From Bacteroidota bacterium (GTDB taxonomy: Bacteria > Bacteroidota > Bacteroidia > CAIKAF01): a DNA stretch of 64,000 nt. A model generated the notes under the pieces. That model saw nothing but the letters and a program-made list of their open reading frames with translations, searched no databases and was not told where the DNA came from. Of the stretch, positions 1 through 8,742 are shown in pieces. The position numbers were made by a program, and so were the translations under genes. Every line of letters starts with the position of its first letter. Position 1 is the first letter of the stretch. Location of the stretch: positions 69,907 to 133,906 of the forward strand of contig JAEZEQ010000062.1 of the NCBI GenBank assembly GCA_023432985.1. The letters run 5' to 3'.

Positions 1-323
1 AACGAAGACGAACCGAAATCGCCCGCGCTTTGGCTACAAATCCGAAATTCATACTCCTCGATGAACCTTTTGCCGGAGTAGACCCTATTGCGGTCGAAGA
101 TATTCAACATATTATTCACTCCCTCAAGAAGAGAAATATAGGCATACTAATTACAGACCATAATGTACAGGAAACACTTAATATTACAGACCGTGCCTAT
201 TTATTGTTCGAAGGGAAAATTCTAAAAGAAGGTACTTCTGAAGACTTAGCCGCGGACGAACAAGTTAGAAAAGTATACCTGGGACAACACTTCGAACTGA
301 GAAGAAAAGAGTTCAAACAATAA
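1..323 (+). CDS. lptB: LPS export ABC transporter ATP-binding protein LptB, C-terminal part (5' end lies outside the window)
   Basis: The in-frame translation from the window edge reads ...[38 protein letters not shown]..., the ABC signature/Walker B/D-loop region. The C-terminal extension is typical of LptB. The listed M at nt 30 is a TTG inside the real gene. Confidence 0.8.
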   Translation, partial: RRRTEIARALATNPKFILLDEPFAGVDPIAVEDIQHIIHSLKKRNIGILITDHNVQETLNITDRAYLLFEGKILKEGTSEDLAADEQVRKVYLGQHFELRRKEFKQ

Positions 324-327
324 GCCC

Positions 328-1713
328 ATGTTTTTCCGCCTTTCAACCCAAAACTCTCCGGATAAGCTACGAAAACAAATCGCTTTTTTTATTACATCTG
401 CACTTATACTCCCCTTTACACTTGGGAAAGGTATGTTCTTCGATGGCCTTACCTACGCTGCAATAGCTAGAAATTTAGCAGAAAATAAAGGCAGTTTTTT
501 ACACCCATTTTATAGCCTCGAAGTCAAAAATCCTTTTTACGAACATCCGCCCCTGGCATTTGGAATACAATCCCTAGCCTTTAAAATATTCGGCTCCTCT
601 TATCTGATCGAAAAATTATACAGCGTCCTGTGCATGCTGCTGCTTTTGGCCGTATTCAAGAAAATAATCTCACGCTTATCTGAAGATAATAGCGATACAT
701 CCTTTTATAATACGCTCCTTTTCTATATGCCTATTCCGGTTGTATATTGGAGCTGGACAAGCAATCTGCTCGAAAATACCTTAATGGTATTTATGTTCGC
801 CTCTATATTTTTCATTTTGACCGGGTTACAAAAAAGGAGAAATGACTACTTTATCCTTTCGGCGATTTTCATTTTTGCCGCCTGGCACGTGAAAGGGCCG
901 GTTTCTCTGAGCGTATTGGCAATTCCTGCTCTTTACTATATTGTTTTTAAGACGATTTCCCTGAAAGAAACAATAAAAGCCTATCTGATTATCGGATTAA
1001 TTTTAGCCGCATCGGCCATACTGCTTGCAATTCTTGTTCCCGAATGGAAATGGACTCAAACCGAATACCTGCAAACACAGGTCTTGGCATCTCTGCAAAA
1101 CAAAAGAGAAATCACAGGCAATTCTCATTTTTTCATACTTATCGAACTGCTTCAGCAATCCATATATCCCCTATTGTTATTCTTGCTTACTCTGTTTTTT
1201 TCAAGACACATAAAAGTAAGCAAAACAGCACTATTTGCCTTACTGTACAGCATTTGCTGCATAGTTCCGGTAATGATCAGTTTAAAACAAAGAATATTTT
1301 ACATAGCACCCGCCTTTCCTTTCTTAGCCTTATTTTTAGCCGAACTTTCGAAGGAGGGTTTGGGCGAACTTTTCAAAAAAATGAATCGCATTACACAGAT
1401 AAAATACCTCCTCCCTAGCCTTTGGGTACTTTTATTGATGGTATGTATATATATTTTCGGCAAGCCGATTAAAGACAGGGAATATGTTCATTTATCGGAA
1501 AAGGCAGCGACCATGTTTGAGGAATATGGAGCTGTAAATGTGAGCAGCGAATTGGAAAATGATTGGCGTTTACATGCATATCTAATGCGATTTTCGAAAA
1601 CAAGTATTGCTACCCAAGATTCCCAAAAGTATAAAATCGTATTAAAGGGACAAGAAATCCCGGGCGCCAGCTTGGTGTTTTCAACAGAAAAATTTCTTGT
1701 ATTCGCGCCTTAG
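328..1713 (+). CDS. polytopic membrane protein, GT-C fold glycosyltransferase (ArnT/PMT-like, GT39/GT83 family)
   Basis: 461 aa with many predicted TM helices, an N-terminal loop FFDGLTYAAIARNL and an EHPPLAFG (HPPL) motif typical of ArnT/PMT-type glycosyltransferases. The start is 5 nt after the lptB stop. Confidence 0.5.
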   Translation: MFFRLSTQNSPDKLRKQIAFFITSALILPFTLGKGMFFDGLTYAAIARNLAENKGSFLHPFYSLEVKNPFYEHPPLAFGIQSLAFKIFGSSYLIEKLYSVLCMLLLLAVFKKIISRLSEDNSDTSFYNTLLFYMPIPVVYWSWTSNLLENTLMVFMFASIFFILTGLQKRRNDYFILSAIFIFAAWHVKGPVSLSVLAIPALYYIVFKTISLKETIKAYLIIGLILAASAILLAILVPEWKWTQTEYLQTQVLASLQNKREITGNSHFFILIELLQQSIYPLLLFLLTLFFSRHIKVSKTALFALLYSICCIVPVMISLKQRIFYIAPAFPFLALFLAELSKEGLGELFKKMNRITQIKYLLPSLWVLLLMVCIYIFGKPIKDREYVHLSEKAATMFEEYGAVNVSSELENDWRLHAYLMRFSKTSIATQDSQKYKIVLKGQEIPGASLVFSTEKFLVFAP

Positions 1714-1716
1714 ATT

Positions 1717-1750
1717 TAAAAAAAAAGACCTTATAAAAATAAGGCCTTAG
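1717..1750. terminator. short AT-rich imperfect hairpin between the convergent GT-C gene and tRNA-Phe
   Basis: gaccttat/ataaggcc arms pair at 7 of 8 positions around an aaaa loop, flanked by A/T runs on both strands. Confidence 0.3.
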
Positions 1751-1753
1751 AAG

Positions 1754-1826
1754 TGGCACGAGGCGGGATCGAACCGCCGACACATGGATTTTCAGTCCAT
1801 TGCTCTACCATCTGAGCTATCGCGCC
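1754..1826 (-). tRNA. tRNA-Phe (anticodon GAA)
   Basis: The reverse complement reads GGCGCGATAGCTCAGATGGTAGAGCAATGGACTGAAAATCCATGTGTCGGCGGTTCGATCCCGCCTCGTGCCA. It is 73 nt with a 7-bp acceptor stem (one G-U pair), a canonical D-arm, a CTGAAAA anticodon loop and a GTTCGATCC T-loop. Confidence 0.9.
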
Positions 1827-1924
1827 TTGTTTCCATCGAAACGGGCTGCAAATGTAATGTTTTTTATTATTGTACAAATAATTTTTTCATTTTTTTTACC
1901 TTTACCGCATATTTAGCACTGATA

Positions 1925-2665
1925 ATGAGCAGAAAAATTATTGCCGACCTGGGAAATACACGAATCAAGTGGACCGAATTGGGGGCAAATGAAGAGCAAG
2001 GCAATATAGCTTATCATGAAGTAGCAGACAGTCAGACCCTGTTTTCCATTTGGCGAAAAATGCCATTCGATACCCTTATATATTCAAATGTATCCTCAAT
2101 TTCCGAGGAAGAAATTAGAAAAATATTGCCCGATAAAAAGTTGATCGAAATAACCGGGCGCACCCCATCGGCATTAAAAATGGGATATAAAAGTCCGGAT
2201 ACTTTAGGCAGCGACCGTTATTTGGGCGCATTGGGGGCCTATGCCGAATTTAAAGGCAGAGATATTTTACTGGTAGATTTTGGCACCTGTATTAAATATG
2301 AAAAAATTGATGCAGAGGGGACATATCTGGGCGGAGCCATAAGCCCCGGCATAGAAATGCGCTTTAAAGCCATGCATACTTTTACCGGAAAACTGCCGTT
2401 ATTCCAACATCAAAAACCAAAATTCCCGCTGACTCCGATCGGACAAAATACAGAAGAAAGTATGTATACCGGAGTCTTCCAGGGTATTTTGGGAGAAATA
2501 AAACAATTTATACACATGAATCAACAAGCAGAAAGGGAAATGTGCGTAATTTTTAGCGGAGGATTTGCAGAAGACTTTGCGGTTTATTTAGAAAATCACA
2601 TCTTTGTGCGCCCTAATATTGTGTTATCGGGATTGCAACACATAGTCAGGTATAATAATTACTAA
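1925..2665 (+). CDS. coaX: type III pantothenate kinase
   Basis: From the ATG at 1925 the product reads MSRKIIADLGNTRIKW..., the CoaX N-terminal ASKHA motif, over 246 aa. The listed ORF start at 1784 overlaps tRNA-Phe and is an artefactual extension. Confidence 0.85.
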   Translation: MSRKIIADLGNTRIKWTELGANEEQGNIAYHEVADSQTLFSIWRKMPFDTLIYSNVSSISEEEIRKILPDKKLIEITGRTPSALKMGYKSPDTLGSDRYLGALGAYAEFKGRDILLVDFGTCIKYEKIDAEGTYLGGAISPGIEMRFKAMHTFTGKLPLFQHQKPKFPLTPIGQNTEESMYTGVFQGILGEIKQFIHMNQQAEREMCVIFSGGFAEDFAVYLENHIFVRPNIVLSGLQHIVRYNNY

Positions 2666-4012
2666 ATGAACAACATTAAATACAGTTTCCTATTCCCTCT
2701 TTTTTGCCTTATGGGTTTGGCCGAGGGATTAGCTCAAAATATTTCGGATACCTATTCGCAATTGGGTATAGGCAGACCAGAACGGGTAGTGCAAGCCGAA
2801 CAAATGGGAATGGGCGGATTGAGTACGGCCATTATTACAACAGATGGATTGAACTTTTATAATCCGGCTTCCTATTCTTTTTTGAAAAATGTGGTTTTGA
2901 ATTTTGGCGGAGAGGCACAGTTTACCCAACTCACCAATAATAAAGCAAACGCAAATAAGAGTACGGCATTTTTGAATCAGTTCAGTATAGGAGTTCCCAT
3001 TAAAATCAGAAAACATTCGATGGGACTTGCTTTTGGATATGTGCCCTATACACAGGCCGGCTACAGCTTCAGCAGCATGGATACCGTGCGCACGCCCGAA
3101 GATACAGTGGCGGTCGAATTGAATTATTTGGGTCGGGGCGGATTAGATCGGATTTATTTGGGTCTGGCCTCCAAAATATACAAAGGCCTAAGTGTGGGTA
3201 TCAACGGTAGTTTCTATTTCGGCTCATTGATTACACAACAAAATGCCATTTCAGAAAATGAAGGATTTCTTAATTCCTCTTTCGAAAGAAATGTTCGTAT
3301 AACCGATTTCTCATTTGATGCCGGATTACAATATACCGATACCATAAAAACCCTGGATTCAATTGGACGTATTTCGCAAAATCCATGGTTTGTAACTGCC
3401 GGAGCACATTATTCCTTCGGAAATAAATTAAGAACCAAAACTACCATACTGGCCCAGTATTTCACTGTTGCCGACCTCTCTACTACTCCATTTTTAATAG
3501 ATACACTTTTGTATAAAAGTCGCTCCGCCACCCAAATCCCCTCTTCTATTTCGGCCGGGTTCAGTTTTGGAAGAATTAATAAATTCTTAATAGGAACCGA
3601 ATTTCAATACAAACGCTGGCAAGATTTCCGCTATGGAAATGGAAGCGCAGAGCCCCTATTTTCAGACAGTTATACTGCAATAATGGGCGCACAAATTTCA
3701 CCTAATAAAGAAAAAGGCTTTTTTAATAAACTCTATTATCGACTTGGAGCACGTTACGGTACAAGTTATCTTTCTCCTAATTCGAAACAATTTACAGAGT
3801 TTGGCATTAGTTTTGGAGTTGGATTTCCTATACTATACGGCACTATGCTAAGAGATGAATTCAACAGACCCATCACATCTATGCTGAATATAGGAGTGGA
3901 ATACGGAGGCCAATTGCACCCCGACCCAAGTATTACACGCCAAAATGTATGGAGATTAGTTGTTTCATTTAATATCAGAGACCGTAAATTTTTAAGTTAT
4001 AAGTTTAAATAA
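2666..4012 (+). CDS. putative outer-membrane beta-barrel protein (FadL/porin-like), secreted
   Basis: It has an N-terminal signal peptide (MNNIKYSFLFPLFCLMGLAEGLAQ), Gly/aromatic-rich alternating beta-strand character throughout, and a C-terminal aromatic residue. The start is 1 nt after the coaX stop. Confidence 0.45.
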   Translation: MNNIKYSFLFPLFCLMGLAEGLAQNISDTYSQLGIGRPERVVQAEQMGMGGLSTAIITTDGLNFYNPASYSFLKNVVLNFGGEAQFTQLTNNKANANKSTAFLNQFSIGVPIKIRKHSMGLAFGYVPYTQAGYSFSSMDTVRTPEDTVAVELNYLGRGGLDRIYLGLASKIYKGLSVGINGSFYFGSLITQQNAISENEGFLNSSFERNVRITDFSFDAGLQYTDTIKTLDSIGRISQNPWFVTAGAHYSFGNKLRTKTTILAQYFTVADLSTTPFLIDTLLYKSRSATQIPSSISAGFSFGRINKFLIGTEFQYKRWQDFRYGNGSAEPLFSDSYTAIMGAQISPNKEKGFFNKLYYRLGARYGTSYLSPNSKQFTEFGISFGVGFPILYGTMLRDEFNRPITSMLNIGVEYGGQLHPDPSITRQNVWRLVVSFNIRDRKFLSYKFK

Positions 4013-4018
4013 GAGAAA

Positions 4019-5371
4019 ATGAAAATGCTATTTAATTTGAAAAGTTTGGTTACAGGAATGGCCATTTTGGGTTTTTCGGCAAGTATGCAGGCACAAACTG
4101 CCATTGATACAACGGAGTGTAAGCGTCAATATTCCTTATTCAACGAGTATTATAAACAAAAGAATTTCGACATGGCCATTGAGCCCTGGAGATATAGCTT
4201 TGCGCATTGCGAGGATTTGTATTTAGGTACTTATGTATATGGTTTGATCATTTATAAGGATCTGTATAAAAAAGCCGGCGAGGATCAAAAAGCCGCCTAT
4301 CAGGATACTATTGTACAAATCTATGATGCTTATTTGGCTAAAATTAAAGAAAACCCTACCCGCTTTACGCAGTATTGGGATTATAATACCGTTTTAATGG
4401 GCAAAGCAACCGATTTGCAGATTTTAAATAAAGATAATTATGCAGTGAGTTATCCCATTTTTAAGCAATCTGTTACAGCTGCTCCCGATTTAGCCGGCCC
4501 CAATACGCTTGTGTTTTACATGCAATCGGCCATGCTGAAAAAAATCAAAGGCGATCTAAGCTGCGACAGCATTGCGGATTTGTATCTAACCTTGAGCGAA
4601 GTGCAGGAGAAAAACTTCAATGCAAGTAAAGACAGCTCTTTCTTTAAGGCACAATCTAATCTCGATAAATTGGCCGAAAGTTGTTTGGATTGCGAAATCC
4701 TTGCAGAGAATTTCATAAAACAATTTGCCACCATGAAAAACGATACCAACTGGGTGAGAAAAGCAGCCGGTATTTTGGATCGTAAAAAATGTCTGTCTAA
4801 AGAGGAATTCTCTTCCAATGAAACCATTGTTGCTATTTTCGAAGCCAATGCCAACATGAATCAAAATGCCGATGCCATGTTCAAAATTTCTTCTTTGTAT
4901 GTAAACAAAAAACAATACGGCAAAGCGGAAGGGTTTATTGAAAAAGCAATTGGATTAGAGAATGATGTAAACAAAAAAGCCGATTATTATTTTGTATTGG
5001 CGCGTATCAATTTCGAAAACAATAAATATTCCGAAGCGCGTGAGAATGCAAAAAAAGCGGGAAGTTTAAGACCCAATTGGGGAGAACCTTATATATTCAT
5101 CGGAGATATGTATGCAAGCTTCTTTGGCAAAATAAACGCTGAAGACCCATGTCTGAAATTTGGTCCGCTTTGGGCTGCTGCCGATAAATACAATTATGCC
5201 AAAAGCATAGATCCATCCAGCGCCGAAAAGGCCAATAAACAAATGGGTAGAGTAAGTGGCAACTATCCCGACAAAGGCACTTTCTTTTTCGATTGTTCGA
5301 ATATGCAAGAAGGAAACAGCGTAAGTGTTGGAGGTTGGATCTCTGAAAGTACCACCGTACGTACACGTTAA
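4019..5371 (+). CDS. hypothetical secreted helical (TPR-like) protein
   Basis: 450 aa with a signal peptide ending ASMQAQ and helical repeat character. It is in an operon-like arrangement with its flanking genes. Confidence 0.4.
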   Translation: MKMLFNLKSLVTGMAILGFSASMQAQTAIDTTECKRQYSLFNEYYKQKNFDMAIEPWRYSFAHCEDLYLGTYVYGLIIYKDLYKKAGEDQKAAYQDTIVQIYDAYLAKIKENPTRFTQYWDYNTVLMGKATDLQILNKDNYAVSYPIFKQSVTAAPDLAGPNTLVFYMQSAMLKKIKGDLSCDSIADLYLTLSEVQEKNFNASKDSSFFKAQSNLDKLAESCLDCEILAENFIKQFATMKNDTNWVRKAAGILDRKKCLSKEEFSSNETIVAIFEANANMNQNADAMFKISSLYVNKKQYGKAEGFIEKAIGLENDVNKKADYYFVLARINFENNKYSEARENAKKAGSLRPNWGEPYIFIGDMYASFFGKINAEDPCLKFGPLWAAADKYNYAKSIDPSSAEKANKQMGRVSGNYPDKGTFFFDCSNMQEGNSVSVGGWISESTTVRTR

Positions 5372-5374
5372 TCT

Positions 5375-5944
5375 ATGCCGAAAAGCAATATAAATATTTC
5401 AATCAGCCCCGTATTTACGGGGTTGATTTTTTTGTTTTTATTCGGATTTTCGGCCTGTAGCGAGAATGAAATCTCGGATATTGAAAAAATGAAAAGCACA
5501 GGTACACTGCCTTTAATTACAGGCAGTGAAATTCATATTGAATATACCGATAGTGCTATACTTAAGGCAAAATTATACAGCCCCTTACTCAAAGAATTTG
5601 CATCACCCGATAATTTCACCGAATTGCCCATGGGCATGTATATAGAATTTCTGGATCCGAGCGGAAATATTACAACGCGTATGTTTTCTAAATACGCAAG
5701 ACTCGATAAAGAGACGAATATAATGACAGCCCGGGATTCCGTCATATTAATCAACGTTGAGGGCGAAAAGCTTCAAACCGAACTCTTGCACTGGAACAAT
5801 GAATCCAAGCTCATGTATACAGACGCATTTGTTCAAATTTCAAAAAAAGAAGAAATTTTATACGGGGAAGGATTGGAAGCGAACGAAAGTTTTACTAAGT
5901 ATCAAATCCTTAGACCACAGGGACGTATAGCGCTGAATGAGTAA
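5375..5944 (+). CDS. lptC: LptC-like LPS export periplasmic protein (N-terminally anchored)
   Basis: 189 aa with a single N-terminal TM/lipoprotein-like anchor followed by a beta-rich OstA/LptC-like body. The size and pattern match Bacteroidota LptC. The assignment is by pattern only. Confidence 0.45.
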   Translation: MPKSNINISISPVFTGLIFLFLFGFSACSENEISDIEKMKSTGTLPLITGSEIHIEYTDSAILKAKLYSPLLKEFASPDNFTELPMGMYIEFLDPSGNITTRMFSKYARLDKETNIMTARDSVILINVEGEKLQTELLHWNNESKLMYTDAFVQISKKEEILYGEGLEANESFTKYQILRPQGRIALNE

Positions 5945-5969
5945 AATCGGCATTTTCGGTGCCAAGGCG

Positions 5970-5999
5970 TTTGAATTGCCTGAAAATAATTTATCTTTG
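5970..5999 (+). promoter_or_regulatory. Bacteroidota sigma-A-type promoter for pdhA (TTTG-N18-TATCTTTG)
   Basis: TTTG at 5970-5973 and TATCTTTG at 5992-5999 match the -33 and -7 (TAnnTTTG) consensus with typical spacing. The pdhA ATG lies 12 nt downstream. Confidence 0.4.
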
Positions 6000-6010
6000 A
6001 TGCGAAATTA

Positions 6011-7012
6011 TTGTTTATGGCTAAGAAAAAATTTTCGAAAGAAACCTATCTGTATTGGTACGAACTCATGTTGCTTTGTCGCAGATTTGAAGAAAAATGC
6101 GGACAGCTTTATACCATGCAAAAATTTGGTGGATTTTGTCACCTTTATATAGGACAAGAAGCATTAATTGCCGGATCAGAAAGCGTTTTAAGACGCGATG
6201 ACCGGGTAATAACCGCTTATAGAAATCACGTACATCCCTTTGGACGCGGTATGCACCCTAAATATGTAATGGCCGAACTATACGGTAAAGAAACCGGATG
6301 CTCCGGCGGGAAAGGCGGTAGTATGCACATGTTCAGTAAAGAACTCAGCTTCTTCGGAGGTCACGGTATAGTGGGGGGGCAAATTCCTCTTGGTGCCGGT
6401 ATAGCATTTGCCGATAAATACAGAGGTGGAGATCAGGTTACACTTTGTTATATGGGCGACGGAGCCATTCGTCAAGGCGCATTTCACGAAACATTGAATA
6501 TGGCCATGTTATGGAAATTACCCGTAATCTTTATTATTGAAAATAATAAATATGCCATGGGTACCTCGGTAGAAAGAACTTCGAATGTAACCGAATTATA
6601 TAAATTGGGATCGGCTTTCGATATGCCTTCTTATCCGGTTGACGGAATGCGTTGTGAAGCAGTTCATGAGGCCATTGAAACAGCCGTAAAACGCGCCCGA
6701 AAAGGCGAAGGTCCAACCTTGCTCGAAATGAATACTTATCGTTATAAAGGGCATTCAATGAGCGATCCTCAAAAATATCGCAGCAAAGAAGAAATGGAAG
6801 CCTATAAGAAATTGGATCCTATAGATCTGGTTCTGGATACTATTTACAAGAATAAATATGCTACAGAGGTCGAAATTGAAGCAATTAATGATAAAGTGAA
6901 AGATTTGGTAGAAGAAAGTGTGCAATTTGCAGAAGAATCTCCGCTCCCAAGTCCGGAAAGACTTTATATGGGCGTATATGCAGAGCCCGACTATCCCTTT
7001 ATTATGGAATAA
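6011..7012 (+). CDS. pdhA: pyruvate dehydrogenase E1 component alpha subunit
   Basis: 333 aa. The product shows the TPP-binding fold of E1-alpha, including YRYKGHSMSDP and GDGA...N motifs. Confidence 0.9.
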   Translation: MFMAKKKFSKETYLYWYELMLLCRRFEEKCGQLYTMQKFGGFCHLYIGQEALIAGSESVLRRDDRVITAYRNHVHPFGRGMHPKYVMAELYGKETGCSGGKGGSMHMFSKELSFFGGHGIVGGQIPLGAGIAFADKYRGGDQVTLCYMGDGAIRQGAFHETLNMAMLWKLPVIFIIENNKYAMGTSVERTSNVTELYKLGSAFDMPSYPVDGMRCEAVHEAIETAVKRARKGEGPTLLEMNTYRYKGHSMSDPQKYRSKEEMEAYKKLDPIDLVLDTIYKNKYATEVEIEAINDKVKDLVEESVQFAEESPLPSPERLYMGVYAEPDYPFIME

Positions 7013-7042
7013 TTAATACGTATAAAAAGAAATTAGAATATT

Positions 7043-8254
7043 ATGGCTGAAATTGTTCGTATGCCCAAACTTTCTGACACTATGACTGAAGGAGTCTTGG
7101 CTAAATGGCATAAAAAAATCGGGGATAAAATTAAAGCCGGGGATGTATTGGCTGAAATTGAAACCGATAAAGCAACTATGGAATTCGAATCCTTTCAGGA
7201 TGGTGTGCTTTTGCATATTGGAGTTGCCGAAGGTGCTACTGCCCCTGTAGACAGTATCCTTGCCATTTTGGGTAAAGAAGGTGAAGATATATCGGCACTG
7301 CTTAATCAACCCACCTCAAAAGAAAGTAAAGCTGCTCCGGTGGAAGAAAAAACAAGCTCCGTAACAACAGCAGCTCCTCAGGTTGTTTCCGAAAGTCAGA
7401 AAGACAATAGTGGCCGACTAAAAGCTAGTCCCCTCGCTAAATCCATAGCAAAAGAAAAGGGTATAGATCTTTCTCAGGTTACAGGTAGTGGCGATGGTGG
7501 ACGCATTATAAAAAAGGATATAGAAAACTTTAAAGCTAGCGCCAAATCAACTCCGCAAAGTGGAATGATTGGGCAAGAGTCTTATGAAGATGTACCCCTT
7601 TCTCAAATGAGAAAAACGATTGCCCGTCGCCTTAGCGAAAGTAAGTTTAATGCACCGCATTTTTATCTTACTATGGAAATTGATATGGATAATGCCATTG
7701 AAGCACGTAAAGCAATTAACAATAGCGGGGTTAAAATCTCATTTAATGATTTGGTTGTAAAGGCGGCAGCAATGGCTCTTCGCAAACATCCAAAAGTAAA
7801 CGCATCCTGGCTTGGCGACAAAATAAGATATAATCACCATGTGCATATCGGTGTAGCTGTGGCTGTAGAAGACGGACTCGTAGTGCCCGTATTGAAATTT
7901 GCCGATGCAAAATCGCTGACACAAATCGGAGAAGAGGTAAAAACTTTTGCTGCAAAAGCCAAGGAGAAAAAAATACAACCTGCCGATATGGAAGGAAATA
8001 CTTTCACCATATCGAACCTGGGTATGTATGGAATCGAGGATTTTACAGCCATTATTAATCCGCCCGATAGCTGCATAATGGCCGTTGGGAGCATTAAACA
8101 AGTGCCCGTTGTGAAAAACGGACAAATTGTAGCGGGAAATATTATGAAAATAACCCTTTCGTGTGACCATAGAAGCGTGGACGGAGCAAGCGGAAGCGAA
8201 TTTTTACTCAGCTTTAAACAGTATCTGGAAAATCCCGTTTTAATGCTCTCTTAA
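7043..8254 (+). CDS. dihydrolipoamide acetyltransferase (E2) of the pyruvate dehydrogenase complex
   Basis: It has an N-terminal lipoyl domain (AEIETDKATMEFE), an Ala/Pro-rich linker, a peripheral subunit-binding domain and a catalytic domain ending ...SCDHRSVDGA. No E1-beta gene lies between E1-alpha and E2. Confidence 0.85.
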   Translation: MAEIVRMPKLSDTMTEGVLAKWHKKIGDKIKAGDVLAEIETDKATMEFESFQDGVLLHIGVAEGATAPVDSILAILGKEGEDISALLNQPTSKESKAAPVEEKTSSVTTAAPQVVSESQKDNSGRLKASPLAKSIAKEKGIDLSQVTGSGDGGRIIKKDIENFKASAKSTPQSGMIGQESYEDVPLSQMRKTIARRLSESKFNAPHFYLTMEIDMDNAIEARKAINNSGVKISFNDLVVKAAAMALRKHPKVNASWLGDKIRYNHHVHIGVAVAVEDGLVVPVLKFADAKSLTQIGEEVKTFAAKAKEKKIQPADMEGNTFTISNLGMYGIEDFTAIINPPDSCIMAVGSIKQVPVVKNGQIVAGNIMKITLSCDHRSVDGASGSEFLLSFKQYLENPVLMLS

Positions 8255-8283
8255 TAGATTTTACATCTTTTAAAATAATCTAT

Positions 8284-8318
8284 AGCCGTAATCTTTTTTA
8301 GGATTACGGCTTTTTTTT
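8284..8318 (+). terminator. rho-independent terminator after the E2 gene
   Basis: A perfect 10-bp stem (agccgtaatc / gattacggct) with loop ttttttag is followed by T8. Confidence 0.8.
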
Positions 8319-8404
8319 ACGCAACAATTCCATAACTATCCTCTTTTATATCTGCAAATTATTTCATATATTTCAGTAATAATATAAACCAATACATACA
8401 TCTT

Positions 8405-8605
8405 ATGGGAATTGTAAAAGTCATTGAAGTCATTGCCGCATCCGAAATAGGAATTGACGACGCAGTTAGAAAAGCGGTAGAAGAAGCCTCAAAAACGGTT
8501 CGAAATATCGATTCAGTTTATGTGCAGGATATCAAAGCGCATGTGAAAGACGGTAAAGTTACCACCTTTGGTTGCGTGTGTAAAATTTCGTTCAGGCTCG
8601 ATTAA
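8405..8605 (+). CDS. dodecin family flavin-binding protein
   Basis: 66 aa. The product VKVIEVIAASEIGIDDAVRKAVEEASKTVRNIDSVYVQDIKAHVKDGKVTTFGCVCKISFRLD aligns along its full length with bacterial dodecins (..VIEIVGTS..G.D.A...A..A......WFEV..IRGH..DG......V..KVGFRLE). Confidence 0.8.
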   Translation: MGIVKVIEVIAASEIGIDDAVRKAVEEASKTVRNIDSVYVQDIKAHVKDGKVTTFGCVCKISFRLD

Positions 8606-8620
8606 GCGCATGTTTTTTAA

Positions 8621-8648
8621 ATCTCTGATTTTTCAGAGATTTTTTTTT
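8621..8648 (+). terminator. rho-independent terminator after the dodecin gene
   Basis: Stem atctctga / tcagagat with loop tttt is followed by T8. Confidence 0.75.
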
Positions 8649-8742
8649 AATTATAGATTGAAGAAAGGAATTTATTTTTATTTACATACAACGAAATTTC
8701 TTACCTTTCGTTAAATACATTACCACCTTAAGACATGTTATT

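Noticed and set aside
1784-1924. N-terminal 47-codon extension of the coaX ORF in the supplied track (MDFQSIALPSEL...)
   Set aside because: It is the antisense translation of tRNA-Phe (1754-1826). The true CoaX start is the ATG at 1925 (MSRKIIADLGNTRIKW).
6373-6379. G7 homopolymer inside pdhA
   Set aside because: It encodes the conserved Gly-Gly of the E1-alpha motif (HGIVGGQIP) in an essential housekeeping gene. It is unlikely to be a phase-variation site.
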